A DNA stretch of 64,000 bases, taken from assembly GCA_051294375.1 (NCBI GenBank), contig CM119265.1, positions 11,099,818 through 11,163,817 on the forward strand, written 5' to 3'. The notes beneath the pieces are model-generated. The model did not search any database, was not told the DNA's origin, and saw only the letters and a program-made list of their open reading frames with translations. The DNA comes from Paraspadella gotoi. Taxonomy: Eukaryota; Animalia; Chaetognatha. Both the position numbers and the translations under genes were made by a program. Position 1 is the first letter of the stretch. The number at the start of each line of letters is the position of its first letter. Positions 24,890 through 37,783 of this stretch are shown here, piece by piece.

Positions 24890-27800
24890 AGTCGGATCTG
24901 CTTATCAGCAGATCCCGACTCTATAATTTACTTTGTCGTTCGCCGTCGGCCCCACCTCTAAATCTTTTATTACATCAGAACATCATATTATGCTATAAAT
25001 TAAGCAACAAAAAAAAACGATGTCCGTCCGTCCGTCTGTCTGTCCCCCTTAGCAAAAAACTCCAATTACTCGTGATTGGATGGTTGGATTGGAATGAAAT
25101 TTTGTGTGTGGGTAGGAAAGTGTGTGATTGAGCTGGATCTTAAGTTTCGATGGAATCGTGCTAGTGGAAATGAGTTATAAATAATAATAATAAAAACTTA
25201 AATCTTTTTACTAATTTTAACCCATAATACTCAAATTAATCATAATTGGATAGATAGATTGAGATTAAATTTTGTGTTGGGTAAGAAAGTGGTGTGATGA
25301 AGCTGGATATAAAATTTAGATGGAATCGTGGAAATGAGTTTAAAATGGAAAAAACATAAGTCACTTTTATTTTATTCTTTTAATAATTTTAATCCATAAT
25401 TAATCGATTGATTCATAATTGGATGGATAGAATAGGATGAAATTTTTTGTGTGTGGGTAAGAATGTGTGTGATTGAGCAGGATATAAAGTTTCGTGGAAA
25501 CGAGAAGTGGAAATGAGTTTGCATGGAAAAAACGAAAGTCAAGTCGACTTGAATTTTTATTATTTATGCTTCATTTTAATTAATTAATTATTTAATTAAT
25601 TAAGTGAAAAAATGATGCAATTTGAAAAAATGATGCAAGTTAAAAAAATGATGCAAGTTGAAAAAAATTATGCGAGTTGAAAAAATGATGCAAATTTGAA
25701 AAATAATGCGAGTTAAAAAATATCTTAAGAAAAATGGTCATTCAAATCAACTTCAAAATAGGCCAAAATGGCCAAAAAGCTGAGCTCCTGGCGATTCCGA
25801 AAATGTATTCACTTTAAACATTTGATGCATTCTACGCCCATTTTATATCGGTTTTAATTATAATATATGTATATTTATATATATTATATATATATTAATA
25901 TATATTATATTGGTTGTACCAATTTCATAAAATAAAAAAATGAATGGGAAATTTTGCTTTTTGAAAATTGCAAACGGGGTTATGGTATGTTAACGTTATA
26001 AATATCACTTCGAATTATGAGATTTGGAAAGCCTCTTGTCTCAAGAGCATGCCAAATTTTCTTTTCATTATTGACGCGAACTCTTCATAGTAAACCAACG
26101 TGGTAAAGTCCATTGTGGTCTGGTTTGACAACATGAAATTTTTATTTAAAAAAAAATTAAAAGGAAGGTTGAGAGAAAAAACTGATTTTTCCTAATATCT
26201 ATTGAAGGAACAAAGATACAGGGATGGCAATAGTACCAAAATGAAGCCATAATCATTGGGCTCATACAAGTTACAATGAATTTTAAAACTAATGAACCCC
26301 TAAAAATAAATGAAAATTAAATTCTTTTAGTGATTCTGAAAGAAAAAAGGCTAAATTGTACTCTAGTAAAACTTTAAAGTTTTTTGGATAAAGAAAATAG
26401 AATTTTTTTTCACATAAATATTTGCTTGACTGATATTACAAGCATGCTTACAAAATTCTACAAAATATTATTCACCCCATCACAGCCTAAGTATTTATCT
26501 TTCTTTTCCACCAGCAAAAAGTAAACATTATTTTATGTTAGAAACAGGGATGTTTACTGAAAGGAGCCAGAAAACGTTCAACTTCTTCACTTTGATGTTA
26601 TTTCCCAATAATAAAATAGGCGAATTTTTAAATTATTTAACTCTCACAGGCTTCACAAGACATTACACTTTCATAATATCACAATGTTAATGTAATTCAT
26701 TATATATTTTTACCCAAAAATTATAAAATAATAAAGTTATGGATTCCTTTTGTTCGTTTAAGGAAAAAAAAATTAACTAGCGGAATTATAAGTTTGTAAG
26801 AGGAAGTCAGAATCGGCGAGAATCTTAAGGTCCGGGATCATCATTCAAATTATAATTAGGCTAAAACCGAGCTCGGATTTCGAAATGAGAGCTCCTGACG
26901 ATTCCGAAATGTATTCATTTAATATTTTTTTAAAAGGCATTATCGTTTTTTTGTACTATATAAAATAAAGAAACCTATTTGAAGAGTTGCAGCCCAAACG
27001 GTAAGGCGGTTTCACATGAAATTTGGCATGGATTACTTTTAGGTCACGAACTCCAATTCTATGAAAAGATACTTTCAAAATTTGCCTTCCTTCATAGAAA
27101 ATTTGATTATTTTAGTCAATTTTTGGGATAAATTCTTGATATCTTTGAAACGAAAAACATTTTTCCAAAATCGCACTCATAGAACTCCCCCACCTTTCCT
27201 TTCATGCCCAAGATATTTTTTTCTCAGAAGAGTCCAACGGTTTTAGCTGCAACTCTTCGTTTTTAACTTCACTTCGTCAAGAAAGTTAAATTCTGTACTC
27301 ATTACTTTTGCAAGATTCACCACAACATACACAAGCACGGGATGTGATGATGGAGTTTGTTCAACGCGCGATGTCTTAAAAAAATGGCTTACTGCTTTTA
27401 ATTTTTTTAATTCAGATTTGATTTTTTTTTTCAGAGATTTCCTAGAAAATAGGGCAACTATTTTATGATATAAACATTTACATAAAAATAAAAGTCAAAT
27501 TGAAATAAATTAGATAAGTTTTTTAACTCATAAAACTCATAAAAGCATAAAAACCCATCTGAAAAATGTGTAGAAGTAGTTGTTTTTAGACTTATTAGTG
27601 ATACAACTCCAAGTATGTACTTGTACAAAAGGAAGAATTAAATATAAGAAGTAGAAATTGAGCTTACTGTAAAGAATCAGTTTTAAGTTAAAAATTTGGT
27701 TGTAGAAATTTAGCTTACATTTAAAAAAATATNNNNNNNNNNNNNNNNNNNNNNNNNATTTTTCTCTTGAAAATCTAGTTTTACCGAAGAAAAAAATGTT

Positions 27801-29250
27801 TAAATTTTTATAAACATTTTTGGTAGATTTTTAAAAGTTTTCGATTAATTTTTAATAGAAAACCTTTTACAAGATGTGAGAAAATGATTAAGATACAGTA
27901 AATTAAGATTTCTACAATTTTAGGTTGAGTGATCCCTGGCCTTAAAAGGCGAGAATGTTGAAAAAATGGAGAGGAATTTTGGTTGTTTTAGGCCGATTTC
28001 TTCTAAATCCATTGGCCAATTTAGACGCGACTTAAGATTTACATTATTCCAGTCATTCTCTACCTAAAAATATAAAAATATTATGAAAAAAGGTTTGGGA
28101 TCGACTTTCGGAATTAGGTTCTATGTTTACATATAAATAAAAACTTTTTTTTGGTGATTACTGATGACTATAATGTATTTCTCAGTGTATTAGCTGTAAT
28201 ACATCAATGATTAAGCATTGTTATGGTGAATGACCTTTCCTCTTAAAAGCATAAAGGATCGTCGCAATCGCATAAGAAAAATTTGGATTGTCGACAAATT
28301 TTGATACTAAAAAAAAATCTAATTTGAGAAAAGAAAATTAATTTATAAACAGAAAGAAAAAGAAGAAAAGAATAAATATAAAGAAAAAATATAAAGAAAA
28401 GAAAGAATACAAAGGAAAGAAAGAAAATAAAAAGGAAAGAAAGAATTGAAAGGAAAGAAAAAATAAAAAGAAAAGAAAGGAAAGAAAGAATAGAAAGGTA
28501 AAAAAAATAGAAAGAATAGAAAGGAAAGAAAGAATAGAAAGGAAAGAAAGAATAGAAAGGAAAGAAAGAATAGAAAGGAAAGAAAGAATAGAAAAGAAAG
28601 AAAGATAAAAAATAAAAATAAAGAGAGAGTGACGAGAACAAAGAATGAAATAAAAAGAGAGAGAGAGAGAGAGAGATGCCAAATCGTTTTCGGACGAACC
28701 AGCAGTGGCAGCAGCAGAGGCAGCCAGAAAAAAAAAGAAATCAAAAGGCAGCAGCAGAAGCAGCAGGAGAAAAGAGAGAAAAAGAAAGCCCCTGCAGAAC
28801 CCAAATCGTTTTCGAATCAGCAGAAGCAGCTGCAGACTCGTTTTTTTTTTCGATGAATCAGCACAAAAAAGAAAGAGCAAATTTGTTTGTTTTGATAAAA
28901 CGTAAACAAAACATATTTAATAACTATCCTCACCCAATTTCAAGGACCTCGATGATGAGAAGCTGTATATAAATTTTCAGCTTCATACACCCAAATTTAA
29001 TCATGAAAAAGGCGGTCAATAAGTTGGAACGCCGACGACGACGACGCCATTTATGCGCAAAAGCGTTACGATAAAAATGATACGAGTTAAAAAAATGATG
29101 CTTGTTTGAAAAATAATAATAGTTAAAAAAATTATTTGTACTTTATTTGTAATTATTTCTACTATAGTATTTATTTATTTATTTATTTATTTAGCTTATT
29201 ACCGCTTAATTATCGTGGGCAGATCCGACATTGTTTGCTCAAACTTGTTT
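24890..29250 (+). mobile_element. Helentron-associated (DINE-1/HINE-like) element; other copies at about 17910, 34050-37930 (-), 55960-57420 (-), 63144
   Basis: Starts in a T-run with AGTCGGATCTGC..GCAGATCCCGAC, has a (GTCY)n microsatellite and internal tandem repeats, and ends with subterminal IR GCAGATCCGAC, a short hairpin and TTT at 29219-29250. Spans a gap and nested repeats. Confidence 0.65.
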
Positions 29251-29317
29251 CAACATTCAAAAATCAACAAAGACAAAAACATTAGAATCGAAAAACTTTG
29301 AAAAACAAATTATAATA

Positions 29318-32300
29318 TCAACTATTCCCCTCACCAAAAAGTTTAAGCCTCTCCACTAATATCTCCCGATCCCGCGCCTCCTTGACGCGCCCTATCAAGG
29401 CCTCCAACTCCTCGCCGCCCGCGAAGAGTCGTTCGGGCGCTCCAAAGTTGACTGCGCCGATCCGGTGGTCAGTCACGCGTCCCGCGGGAAAATTGTAAGT
29501 GCGGATTTTTTCGCTGCGATCGCGCGATCCGATCTGCACTCGACGGCGAGCCTCGTGTTCGGCCAGGCGACGCTCTCGTTCCGCCGATAAGAGTTTTTCC
29601 TTTAACTGTTGTTGTTGTGGTTGTTGATGAGAGCGGATTCGGCGACCGTGACATGAAGCATAAAACCGACAATATACACACAGGTTAAAAACTAGAAGTT
29701 CTCTCAAATAAATAATGGTTAAGTGACTGTTAGAGAATATGAAAATAAAATAATTTTAAAAATTTATCTTATTGATTAGCGCACGGAAGCATTTAAAGAT
29801 TATTTTATCACTATATAAAGTTTAAAATTTTTTTTCAATTTTTCAATTTTTTTAAATATATTCTGGTAGAGCTTTAAAAGTTAGATAAAGGTTATTAATA
29901 CAACATTTTTATCCTCAAGCAGCCCAACCTCAACAGCAACGTCAACAAGAACCTCCACAGCAACAGCAACAACGGCCACCACGACAACGAACCACTCAAC
30001 AACCAACACGACTCCAACCTCAAAGACAAGCACGTGCAAGACAATACCATCGTCTGGATTCTGAAGGACTATTGTATTAGATGTTTAAGATCTATTAGTC
30101 ATTCGCGAGATCCGTGATTGTTAGATAGATTGTTACAATTAATCACAACTTGCCTCACAGCAAATAATCATCAAAAACAAAATCATCAACAGCTGATTAT
30201 TTTCACGATTTAACCAAGCTTGCCTAACAGAAAAAAATCATCATAACACATTGACCAAACAAATCATTTTTCCTATCTCCCTACTTTTTTTTGGTTAAAT
30301 TTCTTCCCAAAATATTTATTTTTGAGAAGAGATATATGTAAATATTTATTGTAGAAAACAAACCCCTTTTTAGTGGGTCCCCCCAATTGTTTCTCTTAGA
30401 CCTTATTGTTTGCCCAAATATTCCCCCAAGGAGAAACAATATTGTAAAGTACTTTGTTCCTTAACTATTAGTACAAGTCACCTCAACTGTAAATAGGGTC
30501 AGTTCGAACCCCTAAGTTCCGAACTTGAGGAGGGGATGAGGCGACTTACCACCGGTCTCTCTCTCTAAACCCTTCCTCTCTCCTATTTCTCCGAGCCGGT
30601 CTATCCACACGGTCACTTTACCCTAGCTTTGGCAATGACCTTAGATTGACCGGACACAGTAATAGGGCCGAGAAGACCGTAAGGTCAAGTTGGCCCGGGC
30701 GATGATAAAAGTGGATCAGGAGAGAGCTCGTCTCACTTCTTTTCTACTTCTTACATCGTCACAATTCTTCACTCTCTCCTCATATTATTACATTCTTCGT
30801 CTTCTACATTGTTTTATTGATGAAAATTTTTAAAAAACCATAAAATTCAGCCAATGATGATGGGCAGTAGCGCGGAGCATAAATACAATATATGATATAT
30901 GACCTCTTGTGCCCCCTTAATTTTTTGTATTTGATATAATACTGTGCCCCCAAAAAAAAAATGAAAATTCGCTCGCTCAATTTTTCCGTTCTATCGATTT
31001 TATAAAGCAATTTGATGCTAAAAAATTGTCAAAAATAGCAAAATTCGATATCAAAGAAAGCTGGTTAAGTTCACTTTTTTAAGTGAAATATAGCCTAAAC
31101 AAAGAATTTAAACCTGTTTTCATCCATAAAAATTTTTAAAAAACTCTTTTACTCCGGAATTCGGGTCCTTATCTTCTTTACCTCTGAGTTGGTTCATTTG
31201 CCATTAGTCATCTATTGTTTGCCTATGGATTAATTTTTAAATTGATGAGTAAAAAACTTACATTTTTACATTTTATTACAATTTGTTAAACAAAAATACT
31301 TCAAAATGTCCACAATTCTAATCAAATATTCCCTATTGTTGGTGCTTCTGGTACCTAAAAAATTAGGCAAAATATTTAATACTTTTGCTGCAAAAAAATT
31401 TTTAAGCATACTTTTAATTTGTGAGGATTTGTGAGGAGCGTTTTATTTGAACTAAAGCTCGATTTTTGACTTATTTTATAGTTTTAATAGATGAGAAACA
31501 CACTAAAGTTGAAAAATTAAAAAAAACCGCCTTCTTTTATTGAAAGGGGAAGCGTCAGGAAATTAATTTCTCTCAATCGACAGCTTTTTTCGGAAAAAAT
31601 TTCCGCAAAATTCTGTCGATTTTTTAAATTTGCTAGGCAACCAAACTTTGAATAAAATCATACGGTACCCAATATTTTTTTTTTACAATACATTTGATGG
31701 ATTTCCTTTCTTTTCTTTGGTAAATAGATTTAGGTAAACAATTTTTATTATCACAACGAGTTTATTTATTAAATTAATGCAGACATGTTTTGAACATTGT
31801 TTTGTTCTTCATCAGTGCAAATTTACATTTTGAATTACAAAAGTTTTGGTAAGATAACATTGAGAGAGAGAGAGGGAGAGAGAGAGACACCAAAAGTGAG
31901 GGAGAGAGAGAGAGAGAAAAAAAAAAGAGAGAGAGTGAATCAGAGGGAAAAAGCTACCAACAAAGAATTGAGGGAAAGTGATAACAATAGGAGATAGAGA
32001 GACATGGGGGAAAGGAAAGGTGAGAGAAGAAAATGCAGAGGTAATAAATCAGACTTTACATTTGAACAATGTATAACCAAAAATAAATTTATAAACTAAA
32101 TGAAATTAGGAATAAATAAATTAATAACAACTACACTTGAATAATTTATAGTCTAGTATTTGAAAATGAAAGGGAAATTTGAAATTTGTGAAAAGAGAAA
32201 GATAAAGAAAGAAGCTCAAAGTGAGCTGGCCCCCTACTCCTTTAGGGCCGTCAGTTGAGGGTCAGTGGCAGATTGGAGCTGGTCATTGGATGATCTTTGG

Positions 32301-35300
32301 CCTGCGACTGGGTGAGGTTGGGAATGCGACCCTTATGTCGACGAGACCTGTCATCCCTGCAGCTTGCCCTCTTCTCCCCTGCTTGGCAGCTTGCTCTGGA
32401 ACCCCGCCATCTTCCAGATGAAGCCGTTTTTTGGGCGGGCGCCCAGGATGAGAAGTCATCCATTGTTTACAATAAATTTTAAAGATTTTTATACATCCAG
32501 TATGATATAAATGCAAAAAATAGTGACAATGAGAAAAAGAGAAGAGAAGAGAGAGCAGTTGCAGGGAGAGAGAGAAAGAGTGGAAAGAAATTAATATATG
32601 GGGAGAAGGGGGAGAGGGGGAAACGAGAACAATTAAGAGAAAGAAAAGATAAGAAGAAGGAAGAAAGAGAATCAGAGAGGGAGAGAAAAGCAGAAATTGA
32701 GAGGAAGGGAAATAAAGGTAAAGGAAGAAAAGAAGGGATGACACAGAGAAATATGAGGACAGAAAAGTCGGAGAAAGGGAGAGAAAGACAGAGAGCAAGA
32801 GAGAAAAAGAGAGAAGGTTCAAGAAAGAAAAAAAGATGAAAAAATGAAAAAAGTTTTAAAATATAGCGTGCCGTTTTTTTGCCTAAGCTTTAGTATATCT
32901 AAAAAAAGCGATAGATCTGACGAGCAATTTAATCTTTAAAAGTTGCCCTTACCATGAAAAAATCGTTTTAGTTTCATCTTAATTAGGGCAGATACCATGA
33001 TTAGAATGATTAACGTAAAAGAAATTATGTCTTACCGTATTTTGAAAGCATAGAAATTCACCCAGTGAGTTCTATGTTATAAGGAGAAGATAACTATAGC
33101 CAACCGTTTTTTTAATAAAGGGTGGTTCATATTTATCAGTAAGAAAAAAATAAATAATAGTTATTTAAGTTCCAATTCCATTGTTGAAAATACCCGAATA
33201 GAAATCACTGCCCAAACTTCTGCTAAAACCTTGCACTACCCTATTTTTTTCTTACAATTCATTTTAAAGATTTTTATACATTCAGTATGATTTAAATTTA
33301 AAAAAATTAGTGAGAAGGAGAAAAAGATAAGAGAAGAAGAGTATGGGTGATAAAAAAGGGGCAGGGAGAGGGAGAACAAGTGGAAAAAATTATTATATGA
33401 GGAGAAGAGTGAGAACGAGAATGATTAAGAGAAAAGAAAAAACAAGAAAAAAGGAAGAAAGAGAATCAGAGAGGGAGAAAAAAGCAGAGATAGAGCGGAA
33501 GGGAAATAAAGGTAAGGAAAGAAAAGAATGGATGACACAGATAATTATGAGGAGAGAAAAGTAAGAGAAAGGGAGAAAGACAGAGCGGGAGAAAGACAGA
33601 GCGAGAGAGAAGGACTGAGAGAAAGTTCAAAAGAGAAAAGTAAATAAGAAAAGGAGCAGAAAAAAATCTTAAAAGCATAAAGATCGTCGCAATCGCATAA
33701 GAAAAATCTGGATTGACAACAAATTTTGATACTAAAAAAAAGAAAATTTGAGAAAAGAAAATTAAATTATAAACAAAGAAAAATTATATTTTGCGATTGT
33801 CAATTAAAAAAAATAATATAGTACCAAAAAAAATTAAAGTTACAGTTTCTGTAAAGAAAAAAAAAAGAAAAGTTTGTTTTTTGTCATTGTTAATTGTCAT
33901 TGTCAAATAAACTGATCAGCAGACGCAGCCCTTGAGAAAAAAAATTTGAGAAAAGAAAATTAATTTATAAACAAAGAAAAATTCTATTTTGCGATTGTCA
34001 ATAAAAAAATAATAAAATACTGAAGAAAATAAAAGTTACAGTTTCTTAAACAAGTTTGAGCAAACAATGTCGGATCTGCCTACGATAATTAATTAATTAA
34101 TTAATTATTAATAAATAATAATTAATAAATAATTATTATTAATTTATTAATTAATTTTTAAGTAATTAATAATTAATTATATTTTATTTTATGTCTCTTT
34201 CTCTCTCTCTCTCATTTATTAGTAATTTTTATTTAAAAATTTTTCCATTTAAACTCATTTCCACTTGCACAATTCCGTCAAAACTTTATATCTGGCTTCT
34301 TCTCACACTTTCCTACCGGCTCACAAAATTTCATCTCAATCTATCATGGGTTAAAATAAATAAAAAGATTCAAGTAAATGTGACTCATATTTTTTCATTT
34401 AAACTCATTTCCACTCGTACGTTTCCACCGAAACTTTATATCAAGCTTCTGTCACACATTTTCCTACCCACACACAAAATTTCATTCCAATTCAACCAGC
34501 CAATCACGAGTTATTGGAGCTTTTTCTAAGGTGGGACGGATGGACGGATTAATTGACTGATTAATTAATTATTGATTAATTGACTAATTTATTAATTAAC
34601 TGATTAATTATTTGATTATTAATACATCCTGCATATACATTTAATATAAAAGGAAAAAGAAGCATAATCAATTTTTTTGTTTTTTCCATTTAAACTCATT
34701 TCCACTCAAACGATTCCATCGAAACTTGTTTTCCTGTTCAATCACACACTTTCTACCCACATACAAAATTCTAGGTCAATTGCCATCCACTCATGAGCAA
34801 TTAATTAGGCAATTAGTTAATTAATTTGATTTGAAATGTTTGTTTTAGGTATTTTCGTCACTAACCATGACAAAAGCAATGACGACGATGAGAATAATGC
34901 CGATAATGATTGACTTGATTGATTGATTGAATAATCAAATAATAGATAAATGAATTGATTGATTATAATAATTAATTAATAGATAAATAAATTGATTGAT
35001 TGAATAATTAATTGATTGATAAATTGACTGATTAATTAATTATATTAATTAACGATTTTTTCTCTTTAATTATATGTAGTGGGATCAGCCATCGTTTCAA
35101 CCCAAACTCATTGTCTTTATACTCAAATTTCGGCCCTAGCGCGTTCGATAGACAATTGCACACATTACCCTGCACATGCAAATTTCATCATAATCCCGAC
35201 AATCCGTTCAAAAGTAATCGCAAAAAGCTACCGCAAAAATCGCTCTACAACACATCAACTTTCCTTTAAAATCGAGCTCGTTTTGATCCAACAAAGATTA

Positions 35301-37751
35301 GTACTATGCTTAGTACTAAGCTTTTAGAACCCCGGCGCCAGTGAGATCCTGGGCCGAATTTTTCAGAAAATCGTTCGTAATAATTTAAGTAAAAAAAATA
35401 ATTTTTACATTGATATTTTAATAATTATTTTAATAAAATATTTAATAAAAAATTTAACAGTTATATAACTAATTAAAAAATAATAATTTTAATAATAATT
35501 ATAATAATATAATCACTATCAATAATACATTAAAATAATACCTTTCATCTAACTCACACTATAAAAAATCCCACATCCATCACAATAATAAAATTCTAAT
35601 TTAATATAATATCATACAACAGATTAACTCTCACTCACTCTCCCTACCTAAAATTAATAAATCAAGAATATAATAGATAACAAATAACTTATCATATTTT
35701 ATTATTATTTTATATATCTATTATACTCTATACATATATTACAAAAAATTCCCCCACAAAACAAATTTTTAAATTCTATTATCAATTTAATATGAACTTA
35801 TTTATACCCTTTATTAAATTAAAAATTTTATTTTAATCTATAGTATTTTTTAATTATACCATGATAACAAAAAAATCGCCAGTTTAAAAAAATTAAGTTA
35901 AATTTTATTGTTAAAATATAATTTTTATACATATATATTACATAAATATATACATGACTACCCCTTCAGATTGAATAAACAAAATTTATTTAAAAACTAT
36001 CCATTATACTTTATATACAATTATTCTTAATAATATATACATAAATAGAAAATTTAAAAATTTCATTTTTCTACCCGCATTGTGGACTACACAAGCACAA
36101 CAGTGTGCGACGATTTTTGTTTAATAAGTAATTTTATTGGGACTTTTTATATTATTTTGCATTATACTTCGAGAAAACGCTTTGAATTAAGCCCGGCGCT
36201 TCTACCTGATTTGAAAATAGTAAACAATCATACAGTTTCTGCAATTGTGTGCAAAAATCTGAAAAAAAAGAAGCGCTGACTGAGTGCATTTGTTCACCTA
36301 AAAAACCATTCATTTGATTGCTCTTATCAAAACAATTAAGATTGCAAGAATTTGTCACTTTAGATCTTTTCTTTCATATCATCGTAGAAAGACAATAAGG
36401 TTCGCGAAATCGTGATACGAATAGTATGCATTTAGGTCTTGTTTTACTGCAAGAGCAGGAGGTTTTTGGGAATAGGGAAAAAAGACCTGACCAGCTCTCA
36501 TTTAAATACCATTTTCTGGGCATGAGTTAACACCCAACTCGAATTTCGCATCCGCCGCTCATAACCTCCATTTGGCTTCCCAAGACGCCAAGCTCTCGAA
36601 ATCTGCCCATATGATATAATTTTTTTGGGCCGCGCGCGTGACTATGCAGTTTTGAAACAGAAGTGAAATATTAAAGCGAATCTTGCATCGGAGCTTTCGA
36701 ATTCGAACTATGCTCATCATTCTATATGTAGCTATCTTCTCTCCCTTTTCCCCAGTGCTGCATTCATCGGCGAAAAAAACGAGTCTTGCAGAGGCTCTGC
36801 AGGGGCTCTTTCTTTTGTCTCTCTTTCTCCTTCTGCTTCTGCTGCTGCCTTTTGATTTCTTCCTCTTTTTCTGGCTGTCTCTGCTGCTGATTCATCCGAA
36901 AACGATCTCTCTCTCTCTGCGTTTTTGTTAAAAAAAAATTGAATTAGGATTGAACTCGTAAAATTATGCATCGCATTCGTGCATGTTATCATTTTGCTAT
37001 TACAACATCAAGTTTTAATTTCCTTTTTATTTCCCTCTCTCTTTCTCTCTCGCAATTATGCAATTGCGACGATCCTTATGCTTTTAAGATTTTTTTAACT
37101 TGCATCATTTTTTCAACTTGCATCATTTTTTCAACGTGCATCATTTTTTTAAATATCAACATTTTTCCACATTAATTAATAAATTAATTAATTAAAACAT
37201 TTATTAGTAATCATAAATCATAAAGATTCAAGTAAATGTGACTTATGTTTTTTCCATTTAAACTCATTTCCACTGGCACAATTCCGTCTAAACTTTATAT
37301 CTAGCTGATTAATGAATTATTGATTAATTAATTGACTAATTGATTAATTAACTGATTATTTTATTTATTAATACATCCTGCATATACATTTAATATAAAA
37401 GGAAAAAGAAGCATAATCAATTAGTGAAACAGGTTTTTGTTTTTTTCCATTTAAACTCATTTCCACTCAAACGATTCCATCGAAACTTGATTTCCTGTTC
37501 AATCACACACTTTCCTACCCACATATAAAATTCCAGGCCAATCGCCCCATCCACTCATGAGCAATTGGTGTTCAAATAGTGAATTATATTTTTTTGCTTT
37601 TTTCCATTTTAACCAATTTCCACTTGCACGATTCCCTCGAAACTTCATATACATCTCAATCACACACTTCCCTACCCGCACACAAAATTTCATTCTAATC
37701 CATCCATGCAATCACGAGTAATTGGTGTTTTTTGTTAAGGTGGGACGGACG

Positions 37752-37783
<32 letters not shown>

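Larger units (their letters stand above)
12850..26770. repeat. About 6.98-kb tandem duplication (12850-19795 repeated at 19796-26770)
   Basis: Constant offset of about 6980 bp (e.g. RAB9 ATG at 17674 and 24654); the second copy differs mainly by scattered 1-nt indels. Confidence 0.9.

Noticed and set aside
32221-32482. GC-rich island with several 60-70 aa ORFs
   Set aside because: No recognisable domain or splice structure; lies within an element X-related repeat.
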